Of a stretch of DNA of 64,000 nucleotides, positions 22,217 to 34,750 are shown in pieces. Origin of the DNA: Phyllosticta citribraziliensis (Eukaryota). Both the position numbers and the translations under genes were made by a program. Position 1 is the first letter of the stretch. Each line of letters begins with the position of its first letter. The stretch is taken from the NCBI RefSeq assembly GCF_038025025.1, contig NW_027117342.1, forward strand, positions 2,046,001 through 2,110,000, written 5' to 3'. Under the pieces are notes generated by a model. The model was not told where the DNA came from and did not search any database. It worked only from the letters and a program-made list of their open reading frames with translations.

Positions 22217-23565
22217 ATGCGCGTCAACCTTCCCAGGCCGCTGCCCGACCTTGTCGAGACCCAGTTCTCGGCCGCTTCGCAAAATGGAAGCTTGATCTTC
22301 TCTGCCACCGAAGTATGCACCATCAATACGACCGCAGGCATACCGGTGCGTAAGTAAAGCCACTTCCCAGCCCCCATCGACTCCCCTCGCCCGACTTCTT
22401 ACTGATGCCTGCTTCATAGTTCCAACTTCGCTACTGTCCAGCCCTGTCCAAGAAGCCCACGGCTGATGCCTCCTCAACCCCGGAAGACGCCCCTAAGAAG
22501 AAGTTTGATCCTTTCGAGTCTCCTACGCCCGACCTCTTCGTCGCGGCCATCCCGGAACCCGATGCGCCCACCCATATCCTGGTGCTCAACAAGTACCCTG
22601 TGATTCGCGACCATTTGATCATCGCGACCAAGGAGAACAAACCGCAGACGCACATCCTGGAGCGCGATGACCTTGCTGCCACTTACAGCTGCTTGACCGA
22701 GTGGGAGCGGGCCAAGGGCCCGGACGCGAAACTGTTTGCGTTTTTCAACAGCGGCGAGCACAGCGGCGCCAGCCAGCCTCATAGGCACCTGCAGTTTCTG
22801 CCCGTGGACAACATGTACAGCGGCGTGGAGACGCAAGGTTGGGAGTTGCTTGTTGACAGAGTTCTGAACTCGAGCTATATCGGTATGACCCCTCTCTTTT
22901 GGACCCCACAGACCAGCTGGGACATGGCACGCACCGCCATTGACTCCCCACTGTGCATCTTTCTGAGGAGTTTGAATGCTCTCCATGACGCTCATGGTCT
23001 GGGCAATTGATCCTTACAATCCCCGCATCGCCAACATTTTCCCGCTTGCGTGTGCCATGACGTTTCGAACCAACCGTCAACTGCTTCATGCTTACAAACT
23101 CAACAATTTGTAGGCTCTACTGGCTTTGTGTCCAACCCAGGTCTGCCATTTTCGCACTTTGCTTTCCGGATTCCGCCCAATCCCTCTGCTGCCGTCCTCC
23201 ACACCATCTACACTGCTCTATACAGCACGGCCGTCGACTATGTCCGCCGCTACATTTCGAACCACCCCGGTGAACTTACTCTTCATTCCACCGAGGACGG
23301 CTCGTCATCAATCTCGTACAACTTGGCGATCACGACTTCAGCCATGGTCATCTGTCCGCGGAGGAGGGGTGGAGATCAGCTCAGACTTGAAGACGGCACG
23401 GAACTGGACTTGGTAGAGTTGAACGGCACCGTACTTGGCGGTACCTTGATGGTGAAAGAAGAAAACCAGTGGGAGGCGCTGAGGAACGATCCAGGGGTGC
23501 TCACGAGGCTTCTTGAGAAAATTGGCATTCCTTGGGAGAATGGCGAGGGTCAGAGCCAGATCTAG
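22217..23565 (+). CDS. APA2: ATP adenylyltransferase / diadenosine tetraphosphate phosphorylase (Apa1/Apa2 family)
   Basis: LNKYPVIRDH, FFNSGEHSGASQPHRHLQF (HxHxQ), SYNLAIT...CPRR, LNGTVLGGTLMVK. Introns at about 22347-22419 and 22883-23112. Confidence 0.88.
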
Positions 23566-24704
23566 GTCATGGCTTTGCTGAGGTGTGCCGAAAAGAGGGC
23601 AAGCGAGCAGTAGGTCAGTTCAGTATACCCTTTCTGCTTTCTATCTGGATTCGAGTGTACATAGGCGCATCTTTGCTCTGCCACGTTCAAGCCTACATAC
23701 TTTTTGAAATGCAAGACTGTTTTGAGGTTGATCAGTTCCACTCGCACTCTCAACGCACCCATCCTTTCAACAACCGCCTACACGTCTTCCAGCCGGATAC
23801 CAACGAACTCTGCATGGTCCTGATACTCCCGGAGACCTTTGGCCGCGCTTCAAACTCGCAACACCTTTGCAACAACTCTCGCCTTTGATTTCTATTCCGC
23901 TGTCCGGCTTGTCACAACTCACTGCTCAGGCTGCTAACATCAACGAATCTTACAAAAGCTTCTCGTCCAAGGAAGCCGCTGTGGCTTACCTGGAAGGCTT
24001 TCATGATGGCTTTCACGACAGCACTTGCCACGGCTTCAAGCTTGTCTTCTTCGGCGGCCTACCTACAGCCCTTCACGAAAGTGCGGAGGCCAAAGGATTA
24101 TTCTCAGCCGCTATCAAGATGATCGAAGAGAAGATCGAACAACAGATCGCTGGGATCATTGAAGCAGAGACCCAGGGCCACCCCTCGCGTTAGGAAATAC
24201 AAACGAAGCCGGTCGACTGTTGTTCCAGCTCGAGCTCTTTCCTGTAGCTGGTCCAGGATCACATTTATGGCGATGTTGCCTGACACTTCACACTGGCCCA
24301 AAGTCAAGTTTACAAAACAGCCGAACAAAAGGGCCTCAGCATTGCATTTCTAATCAATACTGTCCTGTCTGAAACTTAAACCTTAGTGAGTTCAATTGGA
24401 GAGTGATAGTATGCCTGATGGCTAACATCTGAGCAGAATGATTCAAGGAATGGCGGAGCCAGAGGAGGATACATGTAGCTCCCTTGGCATAAGTACCCGC
24501 AATACCCGTCATCCAATTGAAATCTGGAATCTCCCTCCCCCCTCTCTGTAATGGTGACGAACGTGCCACAATCGCTCGGAGATCAAATGCTCCCCGTGAG
24601 GCCTTGTGGATGCCTGGGTCTTCAGAACACTTCTGCTCACAGTAGCTTTAATATTATTCCCTGTCCTTCAAGAGAGCTTGAAATGTGTGTCATTATGCCT
24701 GGTT

Positions 24705-24746
24705 GTGGTGGTGGTGGTGGTGGGGGGGGGGGGGGGGGGGGGGGGG
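24705..24746 (+). repeat. (GGT)n run followed by a poly-G tract (G25)
   Basis: Read directly from the sequence. Confidence 0.9.
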
Positions 24747-24998
24747 ACGGCGCAGGTCTCTTTGTTTATTGCTTCTCGGCGATGTCCAACTACATATAAC
24801 ATCATCGAGCCCCCTCGATTTCCGAAGAAGACAGACAATTGACAACAACCGGTGTTCTGCTAGCCTTTCATCATGCTCTAGGTACTCCTCCAACCAACCT
24901 CAACATGAATCTTTACGCTGAAATCTTCCTCAACATCTCAGACACCTTGAAGTTCTCCCTACCGATAGACTTCTCCACCTACCATTCAAGCCACCACA

Positions 24999-25277
24999 AT
25001 GAGCGAGTCTCCCATGACCCACTCTCCCGGAGGACCAGCAGACACGGCCGCCTTCCAAGCCTTCCGCGTCGACTACCGTCGTGCTATCGTCGAATACTTT
25101 TGCCTACGCTGGTTTGCTCGCCTGCCTCGTCGTCTCCGCCGCAGTAAGGCAGAGCACCAGCGGTTCCTCGTCGCGCTCAGAGTGCTCGATGACAGCATTG
25201 ACATGCTTTTCGCCAGGGCCGATGAGCTCCGCCGCACTGATCCGGAGAGGTGGAGCATAGCCCAGCCTACAGAATAG
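24999..25277 (+). CDS. Small hypothetical protein (92 aa)
   Basis: ATG in a good context (CCACAATG) after a pyrimidine-rich leader; helical-looking sequence with no recognised motif. Confidence 0.4.
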   Translation: MSESPMTHSPGGPADTAAFQAFRVDYRRAIVEYFCLRWFARLPRRLRRSKAEHQRFLVALRVLDDSIDMLFARADELRRTDPERWSIAQPTE

Positions 25278-25569
25278 TCAGACCACGACGGATGAGGCTT
25301 CGTCTTCTTGAGCAGCTGCGCTGGCTGTGAGACGTGCAGTTTTTAATCTCGAGTAAGCAATTGAAAAGTCAAAGATATCGTGCGCGGCAGCTGACGACGA
25401 TTCAGCAGAGGTTTCAGGAGAGCGAGACAAGGAATTGGGACGGATGATGACCACTTGGGTACAGCATCACCATCACAAGTGCTAGAAGGAAAGGATAGCA
25501 ATCGAAATCCCATAACTCTCCATATAATCGTGACAAAAACGCTACCGCCGCTCAACTTGACTGACGCCC

Positions 25570-26147
25570 TCACCCACGCCTCCAAAGCCCCGACAATCTA
25601 TTCACTCGCCGTCTTACCGACGACAGCGTCCTCACCACCCTCCCCCTTGAGCGCTCCGAGTCCCAACTCGCCCAACTCCTCCTCCTCCTACTCCGCCTAC
25701 TCTCCGCATCGCCATCACCGCCACCCGCCTCAGACGCCGACTCATCGCCCGCCGACGAGGAAGAAGAGGAAGAGGAAAAGGCGCTCTGGCCCCAATGGTC
25801 GAACTCGTCCGACCGCCGCTCAAAGTTCTCCAGCGCGTGACGTATGGCTGGCCGCTTGGGCACCGGATGATGCAACTCGAGGTCTGCCGCTGATCTCCGC
25901 GCGCCCGGCGCAGTGGCTGGCTCGGCGCTGTGCTTGGACCTGCGGTGGCTTTTGTTAGCGAAGATTGCATACGAAGCAGGGCTGCGTTGGCCGCGTCTAG
26001 ACCGCTTGTTTGGGATTCGAGATGGAGGGGATCGTACGGGTGTTGGCTCTGGGACTGGCGATTTGAAAGTGTCGTCAATTGCGGGAAGGGCGTTTTTGGT
26101 AGTGCGGTGCCGGAGAGGCGCGATGGGTTGGTTTGTCTTGTTTTCAT
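25570..26147 (-). CDS. Hypothetical Ser/Arg-rich protein, two exons
   Basis: ATG 26147 (MKTRQTNPS...). Phase-2 intron 25949-26037 (GTACGA...GCTAAC..AAG) joins in frame to HRRSKHSAEP...HHPVPKRPAIRHALENFERR...LWRRG*. Confidence 0.5.
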
Positions 26148-26507
26148 GGTGTTGTGTTTCGAGGCGCGAGGTGGTCTACGTTGGAGAGAGAATGCGGAGA
26201 TTGGGGGTGATGTAGGTGGTCGTCTGGGGCGAGGGGGTGGTGGATTATATGGAGCGATGGTGGGCCCACTTTCCAATGCAAGAGGATCCGGATTTCCGAG
26301 CTTGGGCGATCTCATGTGTGCATGGTTTACTTCGTATAGACGTCAGAGCGGACGTTGCCATTGGAGGAAAGCCTGTGGGAGAGGGACGGATTGGTCGCCA
26401 ATGCCCGAAATCTCGACCGGGAAATTGATGTTCGAGAAGATGAATTATTGAATGCAAACTTTTCATCATTCATGAACTACGGAAAGACCCGAATCGAAGC
26501 TCAAATC

Positions 26508-27495
26508 TCATCCTTGCATCTCAATGCCTCCGTTGCTGTGTAGCACCTCGCCGGTGAAGTATGACCCGTACGGACTTGCCAGGAAGACGTACGCCGTGGC
26601 AACTTCGACAGGCATACCGGGACGGTTCAATGGTTCTTGTCCAACACCAAGGCCTTTCATGGCCTCCTTTGGAGCTCCCTTTGTGGCAGGTTGAAGTGGC
26701 GTCCAGATGATGCCGGGAGCTACAGCATTGACCCGGATTCCGTGCTTAGCTTGTTGTTGGGCCAGCGCTCTCGTAAAGGTTGCGATAGCGCCCTTGGTTG
26801 AAGAGTAGTCGACAAGCTGTGGGTTGCCCATGTATGCTGCAACAGAGGTCGAGTTGACGATGGAGGAGCCGCGCTTCATGTGCGGCAGGGCGTATTTGGT
26901 GAGCGCAAACATGGAGAGGATGTTTGTGCGGTACGTCTTTTCAACCACAGACAAGTCAATATCGCGCAAATCATCGCAGATTTCTTGCATGGCACCTGTT
27001 TCGCAAGGAGAATTGTCAGCGTTTAGGTCTCCAACTTGACTTGGTGTACGTACTGTTGTTGACCAACACGCTCAACTTGCCAAAGGCTTTCAGGTGGCTT
27101 TCCACTGTCTTTTGGCAGTTGGCCTCTTCTTTCAGGTCCAGCGCCAGCAAGTTTGCCCTCCGACCGGCCTTCTCGATCTGAGATTTTGTCCATTGTGCAT
27201 CCTCCTCCTCTTCAGGCAGATATACAAAGGTAATGTCGGCGCCCTCCTTGGCCATAAGCAGAGCTACAGCGCGACCGATTCCAGAGTCGCCGCCAGTAAT
27301 CAAGGCAGCCTTTTCCTTAAGCAGACCTCGGCCTTCATACTCTTGCAGGTACGGCTTGCCGTCGTCCGTCCAGAATTCGAGCTGGGTGAAGTTTGCGGCC
27401 GGGGCAAGCTTCGAGTCGAGGCCAGGGCCACCTTCTTGGTCTTGGGCTTTGAGTTCTTCGGAGGGGTATGCGGTGATGGGCTTTTGAGACGACAT
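26508..27495 (-). CDS. Short-chain dehydrogenase/reductase (glucose/ribitol dehydrogenase-like, YhdF/YdaD type)
   Basis: ALITGGDSGIGRAVA, LVNNS, DYSSTKGAI (YxxxK), IRVNAVAPG; one intron at about 26996-27051. Confidence 0.92.
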
Positions 27496-29556
27496 TTCGG
27501 GTGGGTTTTGTGATGGTAGTAAACGTGGATATGGAGTAGTCGGACGTAATTGGTTTCGGAATATGAAGTGCGGGAGGATTGCGGCGCTGCACTGTGACGA
27601 AGCTTGCGATATATGGGCAGTAAGGACGTCCTGAATCTGGCATGTCAATGTCCTATGACGTCGGCGTGACCTAGGAGGGTCCTGTGAAATCATCGATCCA
27701 TACGCGAGCACAACGCGCCACAGTGGGCGTCGAAGATTATGGCAACTCCTGGCATCGTGGCTGGAACCAGAGCGCAGTCGTTTACCACACAACCATGGAT
27801 GACACCTAGGGAGCTGCCGTTGACTATCAATGGATCCCGGACGGTGCCATTCCTTTCGACTGCGAGAACCTCTTTTCGGGAGCTTATTCTGGGTTGCCAA
27901 TCCCGAAAGCATGCGGTTGTTGTTTTTGTAAGCGACATGATAAACGACCAGCCATGAGCGAGACGAAGGCGCAGCGTGGTGTTGAAGTCGTGGTGATGGA
28001 ACGCGTGGACGACGGCTGGGATAATGACGCACGATTTCGGTCTTCGGCAAAGCGGGTACCGAGGCTCTGCACCGAACTCACGTCTCCCCACCTTTTTTCA
28101 AAGGAACGACTGTTCATCGCTACCGACTTAACAAATCCCGACCTTTTAATTTTTGTTTTCCTAAGTAAGGTATTTGCGTACCCTCGAATCAAACATGTGT
28201 CCTCTCGCGCGTGCGACAATGATCCCCAGGGCTGTTCAAGACGGTTCCAGCAAGGTCCGGGCAACAGACACGCTCAGAAAAGTAGAGTGGTGGTGGTCAA
28301 AATCAGCGAGCCCCAAAGGATTTCTTGGATGATACGACAAAGTCCTTTGGACGCCCGAAAACACGCAAGATGGAGTCTGAGTGTCTCTATCGACGCGAAA
28401 AGCAAGGAATCTCCTCAGCCCTCCCGCTGTGTTGAGCCTCTACTGCCATATTGACAGAGCCCGCTGCATAGAGTCATTCCGGAGATTTCTTTACCTGTCT
28501 CAAGACTGTTCCAGAGAGTCTTAAAGGTCTAACGTTTGAAAATATCGTCGTGCTTTTGCACGTCTTCGGGCGCTGAGTACCTTACGCAAAAGTGAAAATT
28601 AATTTTAACATACGGGGCGCGGACTCTACAGGCAGGAACCGTCCTACATACTTCGAGAGGGTTGACGCTCCTCAGCTTGACTTCAACAACTGAAACCCAC
28701 CAGGCATCGCTGTACCTCGCCTTGCCCTGTTCCACCGGTACGACCCAAGCTCCAGCCTTGTACATCATCTTCAAATCAGTGAACTAACAAAAGTTGAGCC
28801 GACGTTTGGACCAACATTGCAGAAGCAGATTTCACATATCACATCCTGCCGGCGGAAAACCCAGATGCTGAGATAGGATGAACCGAGGGCGCTTCTACCC
28901 ATTACTTTTGGAAGCAACCGACGGACAAGGAGGTTGTTGTCTATCAAGATGACGCGATCTGAGCCATGCATGTATAACCCCTGACACTTAACACCCTCAG
29001 TGGTTCGGAGGACGCTTCCAGCATTTTCGCTCTCTTCGCTGGCCATCAATTCGAGGGACCTGTGACTTTCTTTCGGCTCCAAACTTCACGAAAGAAAAGA
29101 AGTTTTTGCCTACGGGCTTTTCCCGTTTTGAAAAGAGATCGGGATTGCAAAATGATTTCAATCAGGAGCATTTGGATAGATTCTGAAGGCGGTTTCCGCC
29201 GTTGCTGTGCCCTCCGTTCAGCGCGTGTCAATCCAAATTCGGCCAACTCTGGTAGCGCCGGCGCGTGGCTGTGATTTTTCTCTGGATAAGGAAGCTGCGC
29301 AGTCGTCGCACCCACATCGTCCTTTCGACATTCAGGGGGCCTCGACACCACAACACGCCGCCAACCATCCTCACACCCGCGAAGATCGCCCTCAACACAC
29401 ATCCTCGACCCTATTGAGCAACGTTCCCCGCATCGGCGGTCCGCGTCCATTCCTCCATTCGAGTCTTCCGAAATCCGATGTTCGTCGCTTTATCCTGTCC
29501 TGCTATTCTCTTCTACAAGCTCCACCGTTCGCAATACCGCACCAGCAAGCCTCAAG

Positions 29557-30262
29557 ATGCCATCCATCGCTAGAGAGATCGAAACCACAAGACTTCGCCG
29601 TATGGAAAGGGCCTATCGAAAGGAAAACGCAGCGAGGCTTCATCGTGTCAAAAGGGCGTATCTAATGAAAATCTCAGCGATGCAACACGAGCTCTACGGG
29701 GAAAGCGAAATCTCTTCTAGACAAATTTCACGTCTCTCGAGGGTCCGTCACACTGTGTGTTGTGAATATGAGGCCAGCGCCCGCTTCACCGGGGAGAGTG
29801 ATGACGAGGCCAGGACCCGCTCCACTGGGGACAGTGATGACGAGGCCAGGTCCTCCCTCAGCGCGGACAGTCTTGATGTCCTGTGTTCTGTGAGCCACCC
29901 GAAGCTCTTTTCTTGTACCTAAACAAGCATTGATTGCAAGCAGTGCCCCCGCCCTCTCACACCGCCGCCCTCTGTTAATCGTCCCGGTGCGCTCTCTCCC
30001 GGTGCGCTCTCTCCCATCGAGGAAGAAGATGAAGATGATGATGCTCCGTACAAGGTTCCGCACAATGTGAGTCATTTGAACCCTCTTGTTGCGTATCCAA
30101 ATGACCACTGACTGACGGCAGACACCCCGGCCCAGCGGTTTTGTGGACAGGAATTTGCACTCACTCTTTCGGTAAGAACTATCCTGAATCGGCGCCTATG
30201 ACTAGAAAGCCGACGACGAGATGATCGCGCTGGTGTTGAGGGAGTTGGGCAAGTCATCATAG
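29557..30262 (+). CDS. Hypothetical multi-exon protein; 3' exon structure uncertain
   Basis: ATG ORF MPSIAREIETTRLRR.... A phase-0 intron at about 29890-29943 joins to CPRPLTPPPSVNRPGALSPGALSPIEEEDEDDD. Further intron-like segments downstream could not be put into a consistent phase. Confidence 0.35.
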
Positions 30263-33200
30263 CTAACTTCGAATACAGAGCCAATCACACGTACTCGATC
30301 GGGCCGTTTCCCCAGCATTGTTTCCCCAGACGGAAGTTGTCCGTCCGGGGTTTTTTGGACCGCGAGTGCCTCTATTCTGTAGCACAACGACCGTCTCCTT
30401 CTCTCGGGTCATCACCTCCGTTTCCGTCCCCACCATCGTCATCAAATTCATCTTCTCTTTCATTCTTTTCAGCACGATCATCCCCATCAAATTCCTCACC
30501 TTTTCCTCCCTCGCCACCTGCACACACGCCATCATTATCAAGTCAGCCTGGTCTGGTACCAAACCCCCCTCGTCAATCGTCAGATTCCTTCCCTCTTCCT
30601 TCCTCGCCACCTCCACCTTACGCTGCCCAGGGATACTCGCTTTCTTGTCCTCCTCCGCCTTACATATCACATCGCTACCCACCTCTTTCTTCCCGCAGGA
30701 CTGCATTGTTCAGAATCGCACAAGTTCCAGCATCGTGCATGGAATCTGCTGTTCGTTATGGGAATTTTACCACGGGGAAAATAGGTGCAGTCTGCAGGCG
30801 GGCAGGGGCCGCGATGAAAAGGAAGAAAGAGAAGCGGACGGAAAAGAAGCAGGAGAAAAAGGCGAGGAAGAAGGAAAAGGCGAGGTGCCAGTGCAAGTGC
30901 GAGTGCAGGAACAGGATATAATAGCAGTGGTTGTTTCCGCTTGTTTGGCAAGTCTGAGACTGCTACGCAGACATGGGCAGAGAGGACTGCTTACCGTACT
31001 CGCTCTGAGCCTCGCCTTTTGACGACTGGCTCTTGAGGATAGCCGCTATCGCGTGCGAAGTTGATTTAATCAAGTGGGATTTCAGCCTTGCTACACCAAT
31101 GACAAGAAATGACGGCATGAGTGGTGAGTAAAGAGAATAAAGGAAGGGCAAGCCACATGTTTTGACGTCGTCGAATCCGACATTTGCTCCAACGACATCA
31201 ACATCTTTTCCTCCGCTCGGGGCGCGTTCTCCAGTCTCAACGCCCGTCCACGTGGCTGCTTTTGAATGGCTCTGGGTAGCATAGATTAAACAGCCGCATC
31301 ACAAATAGAATCAATTTCTTATACCCAGTGGCTCTGCCAGTCTACTGCGAGTAAGATGCTTCTGATCCAGTGGCTGCAAGCCTTTCTCACGGTGATCTGT
31401 CCAAAAAGGCCTCGGTTGCAAAATGCTCATCCATGGGATGATGACACGCAACGAGCAAGTGGCCCAGAAGATTAAATGAGCCAAGTCGACGAAGACAGAC
31501 GACAGGCGCACCTAGCAGAGATGGGTTGCTTTGGTGCAGCCGCCAAGGCGACCCAGGGCGTCGGCGCATGAGACTGTTCTATAGCGCTGACATGGCATGG
31601 GGCGGGTTGGACAAGCAGCGCACCTCGCGGCGAACATGGTAGGTGAATCTTGCTTCCTTCGGACAGCAGCAGGGAGCCGCCGACGAGAGCGGCGGAATGG
31701 GACAGCGGCGGGTACGACGGGGGGGCCTGCGAAGCTTGACCCAAGACAGCATATAGATGATGAAGCTTAAGTGCACCTCGTCTCATACTCGGCTTGCTAT
31801 TGCGGGCCTCGCTCGCAGACAAAGATCGGGCCATGGGACGTTTGCACCAGGCGTCGCACGGGGAGCAAGACATTTCACCGCTTTGGCCCACTGTGTTTAC
31901 GTCGACAGGTTGCATGACGATTGCGGAGGAATGAGAGTAATCTTGCGAGAGTAAGTCAAGTCAGCCAGCGCTGCGCAAGTGTGGGCTCGGCTTGCGCGAC
32001 CTTTGCAAGCATCCCCTCGCCTGCCATGTTGGGCAGTTGGGAGCTGCAATTTTGCGATTGGCTGGCCCGAGGGCGCGGGACCGGGTAATGGACACTGGAG
32101 AGCCGGGTCAGGGTGCGCATTCTTCAACAACCCTACGCTGAAGCTTAACGCGACATGCTGTCGACATCTGGTCGCGAACACGAGCGGGTGTCGTCGGCGA
32201 GCGGCGGGCTGGTGGTGGTCTGCCGGCGGCCTTGTTCAGCTGCGACGATGCGCCGTCGTCGACGACATGAGCAGCAGCGGCTGTGGCTCAGCGCCACTCG
32301 CGCCCTCGAATGGCTCAGCGCGATTAGTGGGCAGCGTTGAAATGGGAGGTTGGTGGCAGCAGTCCGAGTGGTGAGGTGGACGACGGTGGCGGCTTATTCG
32401 AATCGGCAGAGGCGTCTCAGGCACCAGCTCGCCAGTTGCCAAGGGCGAAGCGGACAAGTCGACAGATGCGAGAACAGAGAAGCCGAGGCTGGAGGGCGTC
32501 CATGTCGAGGTGCAGGTTTTGCGACGGAGAGGAGAGGAAGAGGAAGAGCCGTGACGTTGGAACAAGAGTTGCCCCAGCCACAGACGAGGGCCACCCGGCA
32601 ACCCGCCCGTCTCCCGCATCCATCAACTCCACCAGCTCCACCAACTCGTCCACAAAACACCCCCTCGTCATGTTTCCCCGGCTCCATTCAGCCAAATGCC
32701 ATGACACCCACCCCGCACCCATGTTTGGCATCTCGACGGCACTGGCACTGGCACTGGCACTGTTGCACCGGGCTCGTGCCTGGCCGCCTCCGGGAGTCCT
32801 TCCTGGCCCTCACCGCATCGCAACCATCCATCTACCAGACCAGACCTTAGCAGACAGGTCATGGGCGTGAGCATCGTGACAGCATGTCCTGCGCTGGCCA
32901 AGCTCCACCACTGCAATGGCTCCGCCCGCTTTGCCTCTTGTCAGCAAGGGCCGGCCATGGTCTCTTGGAAGAGCCGCACTTGGCCGCCAGTGACTCGATC
33001 GACGGATATTTACTTGCATGATCGCTGCTGGACCCATGTACGCCGCGCGGTCCGCCGTTCTGCCCTCCCCTGTCGCCCTTTTGGCTGAAGCTGCTTGCAT
33101 TTGTCTCGGCGTCGAGCTGGATTTTCTCTCCTCTGTGTGCGGCCGCAAGTCCGGAATCGCCGCCGACAATCGTTCGTTCGCACGAAGTGAGGGGGTTGGT

Positions 33201-33705
33201 ATGCAAAACAATCCATCCTCTCTTTGTCTACCAATCCAATCGCCTTGCCATGTCTCATGCAGCTTGCACACAGCCATCCCAGGCCTTACCCCACAGACCG
33301 TCAGGCATCGTTATGCACCCTTCTGCATGCGGTCTGCAGCCCCTCGAGCTCCTCCATGTCCTGGCGCTGCGCTTCCGCGCAACCGGCCAACCGCCCGCTG
33401 TCCACCCCGCGACATTGGTGGCAGTTGCTCAGCGACAAAGGCCATATGACACTCGTCTCCGTGTCATCCTGCGGATCATGTCCTGCCCGAAAACGCCAAA
33501 AAACGGGGTTGATGTGAACGGCGAGGCGTGGCCAGCCATCCAATTCCAGGCATACAAATATCTTCTCCTTCTCCCGTCTTTCTTTTCAGCCCCATCCACC
33601 ATCAACCCTGCTCACCTTGACTCCAGCCTTGAATTACCTTCGCTTTAATTCACCAGATACCCTCGCTCGCAAAGGACAACACTTCTGCTTTACCGCCTAG
33701 CCAGG

Positions 33706-34750
33706 ATGAAATACGCTTCAGTACTCTCCGCCCTTGCCGGTGCGGCCCTTGCCCTGCCGCAGGGCGTCACCGAGCTCATCAAGCCTACCGCTTCTTCTCC
33801 CGATGGATGTGACCAGAGCTGTAAGTCAGGAGTGATTCTTTGGGTTTCGTTTCTCTGATTCATGTCCAGACTCTGGATCCTTTTCCATCACCATCCTCAA
33901 CGCAACCACCTCTGCAGGCCTCTCCAAGCGTGGCCTTGCCGCGCGTCAGGAGTCTGGTGGCCCAGCCGATACCACTTTGGTCGTCACTCTTGCAGATGGT
34001 CAGTTGACGGACCAAAAGGGCCGCACCGGCTACATTGCTAGCAACTTCCAGCTGCAATTCGACGACCCGCCGCAGGCTGGCGCCATCTACACTGGCGGAT
34101 TTTCAGCCTGCTCCAACAGCTCCATCGCCCTGGGCGGCTCCACCGTCTTTTACGCGTGTCCGTCTGGAGAGGGCGCTACCAAGTTTTACAACTTCTACGA
34201 CCGCAGCTGGGCCTCGACCTGCAGCGCCATTTACATCAACATCATCCCTGGAAATGGAGAAGGCGTCCCCGCTCGCTCGGACGGCCAACCCGTTGCTACT
34301 GAAGTCCCCGTCCGCTCAGACGGCCAGCCTATCGCTTCTGCAGTCCCCGTCCGCAGTGATGGCCAGCCCATTGCCTCTGCTGTCCCCGTCCGGAGCGACG
34401 GTCAACCCATTGCCTCTGCCTACCCGGCCCCTGTCCGAAGCGATGGCCAGCCCATCGCCACGCCCGTTCCCATTCGTTCGGATGGTCAGCCCATTGCCTC
34501 TGCCTACCCGGCCCCTGTGCCCATCCGCAGCGACGGCCAGCCCATTGCTGTCAACTCCCCCACGCCCGTGTCTATTCGCACCGATGGCCAGCCCATTGCG
34601 ACGGGCGCCGCGTCGAACAACCTGACTGGGCCTGCTGCCACGACGCCACCGACGGCGCCCGCTGCCTACACTGGTGGCGCCCAGCGCTTCAACGTTGGCT
34701 CGGGCGTCGCTTTCGTGGGCGCCGCCGCCGTTGCCGTCGCCATGCTCTAA
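33706..34750 (+). CDS. PIR/Cis3-like cell wall mannoprotein with 8 internal DGQ repeats and a probable GPI signal
   Basis: Signal peptide MKYASVLSALAGAALA; intron at about 33821-33869; core LTDQKGRTGYIASNFQLQFDDPPQAGAIYTGGFSAC; R(S/T)DGQP x8; hydrophobic C-terminus. Confidence 0.9.

Noticed and set aside
27496..28050. Long N-terminal extension of the 344-aa SDR ORF
   Set aside because: Non-ATG start and no family resemblance; SDR homology starts at MSSQKP (27495).
30263..31022. Overlapping 147-, 194- and 234-aa ORFs on both strands
   Set aside because: Produced by purine/pyrimidine-skewed low-complexity sequence; no motif or coherent gene model.
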